DNA of 64,000 nucleotides from the NCBI GenBank assembly GCA_951406725.2, contig OX597824.1, forward strand, positions 28,582,001 through 28,646,000, in the 5' to 3' direction. This document shows positions 39,588 through 53,478 of this stretch, in pieces. This DNA is from Octopus vulgaris (lineage: Eukaryota). The notes under the pieces were generated by a model, which saw only the letters and a list, made by a program, of their open reading frames with translations, was not told where the DNA came from and did not search any database. Both the position numbers and the translations under genes were made by a program. How positions within the stretch are numbered: position 1 is the stretch's first letter; each line of letters opens with the position of its first letter.

Positions 39588-40131
39588 AAAAAGCCACTTC
39601 CCCCCGCCCGTCGAGGAGGGGAGGCTTATATGCTCGAGTATTAGACTATTTTCTTTAGTTAATACACGGTGATCGCTTATAAGCTTTAAGCTTATGAAAT
39701 ATTATTATTGTTATTTAGAGAATTGTAAAATACAGTACCGCTTAACAAGTCATCGCAGAAAACCCACATTATTGTTGTTCCTATCGTTGTTACTGTAACG
39801 AGAGCAGTGATTTTTCGAGAAAAAAGCCTTGCATTAATTTCAGTTCCGTATCTCTCAAACATACTTCAAACAAAGTTAGAAAGTCCAACACCAGGCACCT
39901 AGCACCTGAAATGTCGCTTAGATACTTAACAGCATCTATGGATCGAGCAATGCAATCTTCAGAGTATTCACGGTATCAATATATGCGAGACTTGTAGTTA
40001 GAAAGAACTACGAGATCCTCAGAGAAGTTCTGCACGTTGACAAGCTGAACTGGCTGGCGTTTTTGAGGAGAATTTCAAGCCGAAAGGTGCTATAATAAAC
40101 CATCAGGAAACATTCGACCGGTAATGTTGCT

Positions 40132-40270
40132 GAGATGATTAAATTTTGATTTTAGAGTGAAAGGAGATGTAATCAAGCAGCTCAAGGCAATGAATGCATT
40201 TTGAAGAAACCAATGAAATCACAATTTCTATCTATTTACATCCCCAAGTATGCATGGAATTTCAACTCTA
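40132..40270 (+). repeat. Direct repeat of about 138 bp; second copy at 42231-42369
   Basis: gagatgatt..gtaatcaagca.ctcaaggc..gaagaaaccaatgaaatcacaatttctatctattt..gcatggaatttcaactcta occurs twice. Confidence 0.9.
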
Positions 40271-40649
40271 AAATCACTGCCCCCTCGTTACAGCGTTTTT
40301 GAAGGGAATTTCAAGCTGAAAGATGCTATAGTTAACATTAGACTGGTAGTGTTACTGAGGAATATTACCGAGTCGAAAAAAATTCTACAGAATCAGAAAT
40401 CCCTTCAAATCTGCGCGAACGAGATACGAGCAACGCGACAAAATCTCTTCTTCACACACTTGTTCAATTTTCAGATATTACTGGCTTATAGAGTTATGTC
40501 AAACATCCTTGTCGTACATACTACGACTCACGTGTATCGGGAGTTCAATATCATCTACATACTTGTGTACACAAGTTTACATTATTTAATCTATCTTTGT
40601 AATATTTCCTTCATCCGGCGACCCTGTGGCAGATAAAAGAAATCAACTA

Positions 40650-40706
<57 letters not shown>

Positions 40707-41002
40707 AGATTCGGTAGACACGCAAGGTTTTTCTTTAGAGATAATTGAAATCGCTCAAAGCAAGCGTCAAACACCTATAGATCTCTGATAATATGAAAAT
40801 AACGATTTTCCTATAACACACTGTTACAGATATTCCTGCTGAAAACTAGATATTAAGCTGCTTATATTTTCACCTGATATTATTCTGTGAATGAGAAGTA
40901 AAATCGTTCTTATATTCTATACTTACCGATACTTAATTCCGTTCAATAATTTTGTCAAGTCGCGAACACAAATACAGCACAAACACACAATTGCATAAAC
41001 AA

Positions 41003-41048
<46 letters not shown>

Positions 41049-41179
41049 ACACACACACTGATACACACACTCTTACAGAACCACACATCACAAAAGCATA
41101 TATGTGAATCTTTATGTATATCCATATGTATATACATATATACACTCACACACATATCAATACATGTATAAGAATATAA

Positions 41180-41182
41180 GAT

Positions 41183-41232
<50 letters not shown>

Positions 41233-41269
41233 CAGACAGACAGACAGATAGACATACATACAGACAGAC

Positions 41270-41309
<40 letters not shown>

Positions 41310-41318
41310 GGATAGATG

Positions 41319-41402
<84 letters not shown>

Positions 41403-41412
41403 TAGATATAGA
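41180..41412. repeat. Compound (TA)(GA)(GACA)(GATA) microsatellite
   Basis: Direct inspection. Confidence 0.95.
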
Positions 41413-43120
41413 TATGTATATACGTATATGTGTATTTATGTACGTATATCTTGGTAACAATGAATGGTATACTTTTCTTTTCTTTCCTCAAACACATACA
41501 CTCAAGTCGATACATACATATTACATATATACATGTGTATGCACCCTATCGCAAACATCCGCGCAGACGCACACACAAGCATACACACATGGGGTCGCAC
41601 ACGTATATGCAACATGATGATACTTCTCAGAAATATACAGTATCTCCCAATGTAAAAGGACAAAACACCTTAGACGTAAACCAATGTGGACATAATCGCC
41701 GTAGCCGTCGTGATAACCAAGACAGATGACAATGACAAGTGTGAAAAATCAGAGGACTTACCTAGACATATCGTTTTGGTTCTCTTGGAGCAACTGTGAA
41801 ATTTAAAAATAAGACTTCACACTTTGAAACTGATTCGGTTTATACCACTTACATTCATCCGTTCCCGTTCCAATCATTTATTCTCTTCCATGCTTCGTTC
41901 GGTACAACTCCTAAAGCGCCCTAATCGTTATGCCTAATTTTCTTACATGAATCATCTACCCCCTGGAATACCCTCTGTGCTAGTGTCTTTCTTGTAATAT
42001 CTTTACTTACAAAGGTTCCGAAAGAAAGATATTGATATTAACCACATCGATCTTGCACGGCAGTAAAAGCGAATAGGCACTCTTTCTTCTTTATCCCAAA
42101 CGTTAAAAAATAAATCCAAGTAGAATCAAGTCACAAATTTCAAGATTAGTATAAAACATTTAATGACCGGGATTCTTGACTAATTTTTAATTATATCGAT
42201 TCTGAATGTATCATGAACTTTGGTTATCGGGAGATGATTTAATTTCGATTTTAGATTGTAAGGAGACGTAATCAAGCATCTCAAGGCGATGAATTCATTT
42301 TGAAGAAACCAATGAAATCACAATTTCTATCTATTTGCATCCCTAAGTATGCATGGAATTTCAACTCTAGATAAATATTTCCTTATACGTTTAGACTTTC
42401 TAATTATCCTTTAATTCCTAAGAATGTGGGAATTTGGTTTAGACCAGAGGTTTTCTTTTCATTATGTCAGAAAATTACAAATATCTACAAAGTAGTTTTG
42501 AATGTAAAATAAATTATTTTTCATTCCCTGCATTTGTTGTTTTAGACAATGTTATTAGAATTCCATTAGCATCATTACAAGTTTATTAGCATACACCTAC
42601 AAACATACGCACATAGACATACATGCATGCACGTACATACAAGCACACGCACGCACCCATATTTTTAAAGGATTTTACCGTTGACTTAGCCAAGGATTAA
42701 ACGGCAATTTATGTTTCATTTTCAAGCAATACCTGTTCTGCTCTTATTAAGAGACCACATGAAATCGAATAAAAATGTGTGAAGTCGCTGCCTGTTGAAA
42801 TGTTGAAGGTAGATTCCGTTGGAAACATCTAGTATGGCTTCAATAAATAGACATTGCGTTTCAGTAGCATCGAACTTTATCTTTTCCTTATCTAATATTT
42901 ACTGTTCATGCCTGAAGCAAATATGTGTTGGACAATGTCATAGCTGAAGGTTTTGATTTGCTTAACAATTGAATATGTGTCCAGCCATCAGTCGTCGGTT
43001 TCGCCACAAATAAGTTTAGAGAAATCTTTAATATTTCGGATAGCAAAATTAAATATTAATAATAATTTGTCCAGCATGCAAACGATTTTACCAGCGGGTG
43101 AACTTCAGAATCATTAACAT

Positions 43121-43528
43121 AGGCGCAGGAGTGGCTGTGTGGTAAGTAGCTTGCTAAACAACCACATGGTTCCGGGTTCAGTCCCACTGCGTGGCATCTT
43201 GGGCAAGTGTCTTCTGCTATAGCCCCGGGCCGACCAATGCCTTGTGATTGGATTTGGTAGACGGAAACTGAAAGAAGCCTGTCGTATATATGTATATATA
43301 TATGTATGTGTGTGTGTGTTTGTGTGTCTGTGTTTGTCCCCCTAGCATTGCTTGACAACCGATGCTGGTGTGTTTATGTCCCCGTCACTTAGCGGTTCGG
43401 CAAAAGAGACTGATAGAATAAGTACTGGGCTTACAAAGAATAAGTGCCGGGGTCGATTTGCTCGACTAAAGGCGGTGCTCCAGCATGGCCGCAGTCAAAT
43501 GACTGAAACAAGTAAAAGAGTAAAGAGT
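43121..43528 (+). mobile_element. Family A SINE, full length and young
   Basis: aggcgcaggagtggctgtgtggtaag head, gggttcagtccc B box, CORE-like motif and CR1-like tail ending aaagagtaaagag. Confidence 0.93.
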
Positions 43529-43534
43529 ATACCA

Positions 43535-44132
43535 GACAAATTGCTTGGTGGCATTAAGTCCGTCTTAGTTCTGAGTTAAAATTTCGTCGAGGTTGTCATT
43601 GCTTATCATCCTTTCGGGACGATAAAATAGGTTAAAAGTTGAGCACTGGGGTGGATTTAATCGATTTAACCCTTTCCCCGAAATTGCTGACGTTGTGCCA
43701 AATTTGAAACCAATATTTTAGATAGTGACATTCATCGAAAAAGCTTGTTGCCACTTATTGTCTTCAAGGCGAAATAACTTACTCTAGAGGCGTTTTCTAG
43801 GTATGTATCTTTGATTTCGGTCGCAGAGAACAGCGGAAAAGCGGGTGTTTCTAGTTTCAAAGCTTGCATGGAATATAGTGTTTAATTAATGATCAGTGAA
43901 AGGCGTAAACATATGAATATGATATTAGTTTCTAATTTTGGAGCAAGGCCAGCAAGTCTGCGGAAGCGGGAAAGTCGATTACATGAACACCAATGCTCAA
44001 ATGGTACTTATGTTATCGATCCGACAGAAAGTAAAGTCAAACTCAGATGGAATTTAAACTCAGAACATAAAAATGGATGAAATATCACTAAGCAATTTGC
44101 CCGACGTCTTAACGATTCTACCAGCTAGCCTG
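43535..44132. mobile_element. Two degenerate family B SINEs in tail-to-tail orientation (43535-43716 +, 43925-44132 -)
   Basis: ttctgagttaaaattt..catcctttcggg..gtgccaaatttgaaaccaat, plus a reverse-complement copy. Confidence 0.7.
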
Positions 44133-44134
44133 CT

Positions 44135-44940
44135 TCAGACGGAGGTAGTGAGACGGCTGTGATTTTTATGAGTGGATTTTAAAAGGAAACAAATGGTCAA
44201 TTTCCGTGAGATTTGAACGATGGAGTTTGTGACTGTGTTGAATTTGAGAAACGTAGATGAGCAGATATACGATGCTAGAGAAATAATTTTGATAGAAGAG
44301 TGTGTAGCCATCAGGTATTCGTAACGGAACGGACGATTGTTCAGTTGATGGAGCACCTTGCCACGGCACTTTTAACGCAATACCGCGACAACACTGTGGT
44401 TAAGTTATTATGCCAATGAGGGAAGCGACAGACGCCAACAAGTTCCAGTGGAGAGATGTTAAATTCTCTTAGTTGTTTAGGGAAATCAAATTAGTTTTAA
44501 ATCGTGCTGGCAGAATTGAACTGGCTGTGGTGTGTCGTTCAATAAGATTGGCGTTGCCGTAAATAAAGTCCCAAAAACTTTGGCCCTTGAATGAAGCAGT
44601 CAGTGTACTATCGTGTGAGGAAAAGGGGAGAGAAGTCTCTACTGAGAATCGAACGATCAGTGTGAGAGAGGAGTAAAAATGTGCGCACTCCTCTTGAGAA
44701 CTACGGGGAGTCCTACTCTATACGAGTAAGTTAAATGAGATGTAGTTGATGCGGTTGATTTATTGCCCTGTCAAAGATTTGGAGGAAACTGATGATATTG
44801 ATGTGAGAGAGAAAGATGTACAATCGTCCGATGAAGAGATGTGTGTTGAGAGAAAATGGATGAAAGACGTGGAGAGGTTTACAGCAGCTACGAGAAAGAT
44901 AAGCAAATAGGTTGGTGTTACAATATGAGGAGGAAGAGCA
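44135..44940 (-). mobile_element. Possible highly decayed CR1/L2/Jockey-group LINE fragment
   Basis: Purine-rich plus strand. Only weak RT-like remnants on the minus strand. Confidence 0.3.
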
Positions 44941-45092
44941 AATCAGAGATATGTATTCCAGTTTTAGTATTGTTTGGGTTTCATATTTCTCCTTAGCTCC
45001 TTCGGGCTCAACTATTTTACACTGATGGAATATAAATACAATATATATACATACATGCAGATAGAAAGACAGACAGACAAACAGACAGACAA

Positions 45093-45123
<31 letters not shown>

Positions 45124-45404
45124 CACACACACACACGCACACACACATATATATATATATGTATATATAAACATACATATATATATATGTGTATATATAT
45201 GTATATATACATATGTATATATGTATATATACATATGTATATATGTATGTATTTTGGTAGGCAGGTAGGTAGTTTGGTAAGTAGGTAGGTAGGTACGTAG
45301 GTACGTACGTACGTAGGTACTTACGTGCGTAGTTACATACGGACGTACCTAGCTATATTACACCAATGGGAGAAGAAATATATATACATATATATGTGTG
45401 TGAG

Positions 45405-45466
<62 letters not shown>

Positions 45467-45908
45467 GCATATGTATGTATTTTGGTAGGTAGGTTGGTAG
45501 GTAGGTAGGTAGGTAGGGAGGGAGGTAAGTAGCTATGTAGGTAGGTATATTACACCACTGGGAGCTGAACCTTCACACACTAGTAAATGGAGTTTCATAT
45601 TTCCCGTCTAGTCTTAATGAAAAGTATATAAAGATTGTTAAGAAAAGGGAAAATCATTTAATCTATTAGAGAACGCTGGTCATTTGACATGGATTAACAA
45701 AGGATATTATTGGCTCAAAGGAAATTGTTGTTTCAAAAATACTCCCATATCGGGGTTAAGATAAAAAGAACTACATATATAGCAACAGTGAAGGTCTAAG
45801 GACATGTAATAGGATACAAAAAAAAATGTGTGCATGTAAGCTGAAGTTAAAAATTATCTTTTGTCGAAAAAAGGCTCTATTCATATGAATAGACTGGCAT
45901 ACATACAC

Positions 45909-46006
<98 letters not shown>

Positions 46007-46218
46007 AAGAGATACTTATATATAAATGTGTATGCACACGCAGATGCAATATATATGTGTATGTATGTATAAATGTATGTGCATATCCACATATATGCAT
46101 ACACATATATATACATATATGCATACAGACATACCTACATATATATACATGTATATTTTATATATATATATATATGTATATATCTATGTATGTGTATATA
46201 TATATATATATATGTATG

Positions 46219-46287
<69 letters not shown>

Positions 46288-47034
46288 GTATTATGTATGT
46301 ATGTATGTATGTATGTATGTATGTATGTATGTATGCATGTATGTATGTATGTATGTATGTATATCCTTACCACATGAGGATATCGTGTGCGTGAAAAGAA
46401 CAGCCAATTTGAAGAGAAATAGTTGCTTCACAAAAGTCGAAATCTATTAACTTTCCTCCTTTGAATAACAAATAGCGAAAACCCAGTAATATCCACTGGC
46501 ATAATGAAATGAATAATATTGAGTTAGAGTCTTGTTATTGCAAGTATAAGAATGAAATGGCATGACGACTGCGGGGCAAAACATATCAATTCTATAATTG
46601 TCTGACTCTTTGTTTTCGACCTAAATGCATTTACATCCATCACAATCCAGGCGGGAGGTCTTAGAGTAATGTCGGCAAGAAATTAATGAAAATATTGAAA
46701 AACCGAAGAATTAGTACGTGGAAATGAGTTATTCATTACAAGCATGTGAGGAAATATCCGGTGCAGGTGTCTAACTATGAAAAGGATAAAAGACATGGCC
46801 CCCTTTCACACAATAAGCGTTGATCACGAGCGCTTCGATTGATTCCCAAGATAAGCAATGTTACAGTCACGAATCAGAATCGGGAACGCTATATGTCCGA
46901 AAGCGAGGTTCGATTAATTATATCGAAAATTTAATAAACGCTGGTTAACGTAACGCTTCATTACATTTATATGTCTGTGTATAACTGTATAAATATCTGT
47001 ATACATTAGCCTTTCTCTCCCTCCTATCTCACTC

Positions 47035-47086
<52 letters not shown>

Positions 47087-47203
47087 TATTTGAGTCAGAA
47101 AGCGTGAGCGTGCGAGAAAGTGAAAGAGAAAGTAATATATATATATATCTACCTATTTATTTGTTTATCTGTCTATATATCTATATATCTATCTATCTAT
47201 CTA

Positions 47204-47283
<80 letters not shown>

Positions 47284-47315
47284 ATAGTATTTAAGAAGTG
47301 TGTTTATATATATTT

Positions 47316-47357
<42 letters not shown>

Positions 47358-47965
47358 GTATATATATACATATATATATAGAATTAGCAGTATCATCAGA
47401 GCAGAGGGCAAAAATGATCTTGTGGTATTTATTGCACGACTCATTGCGCTCTGGCCTCCTGTCTTACCCACTGAACATCGATCTTAATATTTGTGAAAGA
47501 AAGATAAAATATAATAACTGTCAAGCTCAAGGAGCTGGTGAACGAAGTTCATGGCGTATTTGTTCCTAATCATCACGTTCCGTGTTCTTGTACGTTACAC
47601 TTCCTCGGCGTTTTGTTCCCAGCACCTATTTTGAGATACCTTCGGAGATACCATTTTCTTACAAAGATTCAGACCAATTTCTATCTGAATATACCTTTCT
47701 TTTATCGTTCTCTTGACAGCCATGATCAGAAAATGGGCCATATGCCCTCCTCTGTTCGTTCCGGAAGAATTGGTAAAGCAACTGTATTTCTGTTAAATTT
47801 TCTCAATAAAGTGTGGCATAACTTAATGTTGATTTCCACTATGTTGTTAATTAGGTCCCTCACAGAAAGTTGATGGTTCGTGGATGGATGGATGGTAAGG
47901 AACCTGCTTCCCAACCAGATGCTTCCGAGTTCTACAATGCGTGGCATCTTGGTAAAGTTTCTTTA

Positions 47966-48107
<142 letters not shown>

Positions 48108-48327
48108 GAGGCGCAATGGCCTAGTGGTTAGGGCAGCGGACTCGCGGTCGCAGGATCGCGGTTTCGATTCTCAGACCGGGCGTTGTGTGTGTTTATTGAG
48201 CGAAAACACCTAAAAGCTCTACGAGGCTCCGGCAGGGGGTGGTGATCCCTGCTGTACTCTTTCACCACAATGGCCGTGCCCCAGCATGGCCACAGCTTAA
48301 GAGCTGAAACTGGAAAAACAAAACAAA

Positions 48328-48332
<5 letters not shown>
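48108..48332 (+). mobile_element. tRNA-derived SINE with CR1-like tail (chimeric)
   Basis: Head gcgcaatggcctagtggttagggcagcggactcgcggtcg..gtttcgattctc shared with 56275-56574. Tail is gtgccccagcatggccacagc..gctgaaac. Confidence 0.85.
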
Positions 48333-48390
<58 letters not shown>

Positions 48391-48598
48391 TGCGTGTGTG
48401 TGTATTTGTGTGCATGTGTGTGTGTGCGTGCCGCTTGACAACTGGTTGGTATGTTTACGTCCCCGTAAGTTAATGGTTCGGCAAAACTAGCCGACAGAAT
48501 AAGTATCAGGATTTAAAGAAAAGTGATGGGGCCGATTTGACTAAATTTCCTCATGGCTCTACGTCAGCATGCCCTCAGTGTAATGTTTTAAACGTGAA

Positions 48599-48647
<49 letters not shown>

Positions 48648-48702
48648 CATATATATGCATGTATGTAGATATATATATATTCACATATATATGCATGTAT
48701 AT

Positions 48703-48744
<42 letters not shown>

Positions 48745-49012
48745 ACAATTGAGGGTAAAATTAATTAATTAATCAATTTCTCCAAGTGTTCAGTATGTAA
48801 AAGGACCATTTAAGGCGAATTCAAAATATATTACATTATATAATTAGGGCTTAGTAAAATAAATTACTTTGCCACATACTGAACTTAGTAGAAATAGCAG
48901 CCCCAAAAAAAATTTTCTTAGCATTTCTACTACTTAAAGAAAATTTCTCTCAGATAATGTTTACCTCCAGACAGCTCACGAAGGTTTCGTGAGCTGCCTG
49001 GAGTAAACATTT
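48745..49012. mobile_element. Insert in (TA)n ending in a 56-bp hairpin, possibly Penelope-like
   Basis: aatgtttac(c)tccagacagctcacgaa-ggt-ttcgtgagctgcctggagtaaacatt at 48956-49011. Confidence 0.45.
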
Positions 49013-49034
49013 TATATATATATATATATATATG

Positions 49035-49083
<49 letters not shown>

Positions 49084-49614
49084 ATATATATGTATATATT
49101 AGATATATATACATATAGATAAATAGATAGATAGGTAGATAGATAGACAGCTAAATAGATATATAGCTATAAAATACAGTGTACATTTAAACACATTAAG
49201 AGGTTTCCATCATAGGAATCCTTTACGCTAGAAAGAACACCTAAAGTCCAAACCACTAACGAAGGGAATGAAAAATAAAAACATTGACCATCTCTTTCCT
49301 GGACCAAGTTTTCTGATTTATTTTAGTAAATAATCTTATATGAATAATATATAGTCTATCGACTAATTTTTCTATACGCTAGGCCACTAGTAGTAAAAAT
49401 TTCTATACTCTTTATTACCTTGATATTATTAATTATATATAATGATTTCTGGTAGATGCGTTCGAAGAATTTGCCGGCATCTTTTTGCTGCCGACAAAAA
49501 AGACTGTCGTTCGGAGCAGCTGTTGTAATTTTAGTCATTTATATGCCATGGAACCGGCCTTTCTAGTCCTAGGGCTCGAGAAAAAGTGAGGTTTACTTTA
49601 ATATTGTATGAGTT

Positions 49615-49922
49615 TAAGGCGCCGAGCTGGCAGAGTCGTTAGCACTCCACGCAAAATATTTAGCGACATTTTGCCCGTCTTTAAGTTCTAAGCCCAAATT
49701 CCGCCGTGGTCTAATGATATCAACCCACGAGGTGGCTGAAAAAACCAGTACCAGTTGAATTCTGATGTCGATGTAATTTACTAGCTCCATTCACCAACCT
49801 GCTGGCCCTGTCCCAAAATATGATATCAATATTGTGAGCCTTAATGTGCATGGGCCTGCGGTTTGTCTTAGAATTGTGTTTGTGTATATTTTATTGTTTT
49901 TTAAGTGCGTGCGTAGGCGTGC

Positions 49923-49991
<69 letters not shown>

Positions 49992-50272
49992 TGTGTGTGT
50001 GTGAAAAGCTTTTTTGCGCGTGAATAATAGGCTTTTGGGATTGTTATGAGTGTGTGTAAGGCGGCCGAATCGTAAGCACGGTGGACAAAATCGCAAACGT
50101 AAAGACGGGTTAAAAGACCCGTCTTTACGTTGGAATTCAAATTCCGCCGAAGCGAAATTTACCTTTTATGCTTTACAAGGTCCACAAAATATGGACTAGT
50201 TGTGCACTAGTATTGATGTAATCAACGCCTTCCCCCAAATTTCAGACCATTGTGCTTATAATGCAAAGGAAC
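49615..50272 (+). mobile_element. Two degenerate family B SINEs (49615-49832, 50058-50272) around a (GT)n run
   Basis: aaggcgccgagctggcagagtcgttagc..caaattccgccg..ggccctgtcccaaaat. Confidence 0.7.
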
Positions 50273-50906
50273 ATTATGCGCATGAGTGTGCCTGTGTATA
50301 TTACTATGCTTTCTATGAATTAGTGTCTGCATGCTATATATGCTTGTATAGCCAATGATACGCTGGGTTGCTTTGATGGCAACCGTGAATACAGGATATC
50401 TCTAGGTGGCTTCTAAATAGTTTCTCTGTCTGCGAGAGTTCCTAGTCTTCTTTCGGGCGATACTTCTGATAAAAAATTAGACATTTCATATACACTAATT
50501 GTATACTACGTAACCCATCGAGCGTATCTTGGTCATCAATTATAGAGCAGCAGGTTTGAAGTGCTCACCGACTTGCTGTCTATTTGTCATTCTCCAGACA
50601 GAAGCCTCCTCGGGGAGGGGCCAGAATGCTGAAGTGTTATATTAGAAAGTGTTTCAGAAGCATTTTGCTTATATTATATTGTTGTGATAATTATTATTTT
50701 GAAACCAAAAATGTTTCATGTATCAGGGGCGTTCTCTTCTATCTATTCAATCTAATCCATGTTTTAAAATTTTTGTTTCCCTATGTTGACTCATACACCA
50801 GTCACATAGGTACATAACATGATATACCTATATACGTGTGTGTGTGTATGTATATATGTATGTATGTATATATGTATGTATGCATATATATATATATATA
50901 TGCATC

Positions 50907-50937
<31 letters not shown>

Positions 50938-51044
50938 CTATATATATATATGCACCTATATATATATATATATATATATACATACAAACACACACACTCA
51001 CGTACACACGCATATACAAATGAATATGTACCTATGCATATTAT

Positions 51045-51448
51045 ATATATTCTTTGCCACTCTATGCACAAGGTCCGAAATTTTGGGAGAGGAGACCAGT
51101 CGATTAGACCGATCCCAGTACGCAACTGGTATTTCATTTATAGACCCCGAACGGATGAAAGTCAAAGTCGACCTCGGTGGAATTTGAACTCAGAACGTAG
51201 AGGCAGACGAAATACCTATTTCTTTACTACCCACAAGAGGCTAAACACAGAGAAGACAAACAAGGACAGACAAACGGATTAAGTCGATTATATCGAACCC
51301 AGCGCGTAACTGGTACTTAATTTATCGACCCCGAAAGGATGAAAGGCAAAGTCGACCTCGGCGGAATTTGAACTCAGAATGTAATGGCAGAAGAAATACC
51401 ACTAAGCATTTCGCCAGGCGTGCTAACGTTTCTGCAAGCTCGCCGCTT
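51045..51448 (-). mobile_element. Family B SINE dimer or nest
   Basis: Head, Tx1-tailed unit, junction aaagaaata|ggtatttcgtc, then a second body with the alternative tail. Confidence 0.9.
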
Positions 51449-51532
51449 TATATATTATATATATGTTGTGTATACATTATGTGTGTATGTAGATATTGAT
51501 ATACATATATATATATATATATATATTTACAT

Positions 51533-51570
<38 letters not shown>

Positions 51571-52215
51571 GGCTATATAGATTTAGATATAGATATATAA
51601 TGTATATAATTATGTGTGTGAGTGTGTTTGCATATATATCTATTTAAATAAATACTTAGTCGTTTTTGACACGCTTCTGCATAATCGTGTTATTATTTTA
51701 CAAGTCTAATTTACCAAAGTGCGTGGATACACTTTGCTTGATAATACGCGTGTCACATGATAAAACACGGCATGACACCAGCAAGGCCCTGAATCCCTTA
51801 ACTACAAGAACAACGACTATGTAAAGTACGTATCTTATTACACTGTACAGCAACAACAACACAGGATAGAAAGGAAACTACGAGTAGGGCAAAGCCAATA
51901 TAATTAATAGTGAAAAATAAAACTAGGACATGAAGAAGCCAAATAGCACACATTTTAAGAGGAAATGAATTAATCTGAACACAAGCGTAACAAAAGAAAC
52001 TTGACTAAAACCCAGCAGGAACGGGTTCTGTTATATGAATAAAAAAAATATTATTTAAAGAAGTGATGATGGTGTGATGATGGTGTGAGAGCCTTTAAAC
52101 TAATTAAATTATGTTTGCATTCCAGATACATTGTAGAAGAGATTTAATTAAATTGTAATGGAAAGATATTAATAAAATGATCCATGCATTTCTTTAAGTA
52201 TTGTCGCACACTTAT

Positions 52216-53478
52216 TAAGGCGGCGAGCTGGCAGAAACGTTAGCACGCCGGGCCGAGTGAAATGGTTAGCAGTATTTCGTCTGTCGCTACGTTCTGAGTT
52301 CAAATTCCGCCGAGGTAGACTTTGCCTTTCATCGATTAAATAAGTACCAGTTATGCACTGGTGTCGATGTAATCGACTTAATCTGTTTGTTTCTTCCCTC
52401 TGTGTTTATCCCCTTGTGGATGGTAAAGAAATAGGTATTTTGTCTGCCGTTACGTTCTGAGTTCAAATTTCGCCGTGGTCGACTTTGCCTTTCACCCTTT
52501 CGGCGTCCTTCAATTAAGTACCAGTTACGCACTGAGGTCGATGTAATCGACTTAATCCGTTTGTCTGTCCTTGTTTGTCTTCTCTTTGTTTGACCCACAA
52601 GGGGTCAAACAAAGAGAGGACAAACAGAAAAAGGTATTTCGTCAGCCGCTACGTTCTGAGTTCAAATTCTGCCGAGGTCGCCGTTGCCTTTCATCCTTTC
52701 GGGGTCGATAAATTAAGTACCAGTTACGCACTGAGGTCGATCTAATTGACTTAATCCCTTTGTCTGTCCTTGTTTGTCCTCTCTATTTTTAGCCCCTTGT
52801 GGGCACTAAAGAAATAAGAACTCTTATCGTGCCGGACAAAATTATTAGCGACATTTCGTCCGTCTTTACGTTCCGTGTTCAAATTTACTCAAGGTCGATT
52901 TTGTTTTTTAGCTTTTCGGGTTTGATATAAGTTCCAGTTGAACATTGCGTCTTATGTAATCGACTTACTCCCTCTGCTGAACTTGCTGGCCTTGTGCCAA
53001 ATTTTGAAACGAATATTTGATACATAAATAACGCGACGTTCTGACAAAATTGCTAGCGCGCCGGACAAAATTCTTAGCGTCATTTCGTCCGTCTTTACGT
53101 TCCGAGTTCAAATTCAGTCGAGGTCAACTTTGCCATTTATCCTTTTGGGTTTGATAAAATCAGTTCCAGTTGAACATTGCGTCTTATGTAATCGACTTAC
53201 TGCCTCTCCCGTACTTGCTGGCCTTGTGCCAAATTTTGAAACCAATATTTTATTCATAAGTAAGGCGACGTGCTGACAAAACTACTAGCACGCGGGACAA
53301 AATATTTAGTGGTGTTTCGTCCATCCTTACGTCCCGAGTTCAAATTCAGCCGAGGCTGACTTTGTTCTCCATCATTTCGAGGTCGATAAAATATATACCA
53401 GTTGAACAAATGAGTTGATGTAATCGATTCATGCCTCACCCAAATTTGCTGCCCTTGTGCCAAAAATTGAAATCAATG
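52216..53478 (+). mobile_element. Head-to-tail array of six family B SINE units
   Basis: Three young Tx1-tailed units (52216-52815), then three older units (about 52816-53020, 53030-53252, 53262-53478). Confidence 0.9.

Noticed and set aside
48108-48180. Functional tRNA gene
   Set aside because: Continues into a SINE body and tail, and the acceptor stem is not formed.
52216-52815. Regular repeats of about 180-200 bp as a CRISPR array or satellite
   Set aside because: The units are SINE bodies found dispersed elsewhere in the window, with no unique spacers.
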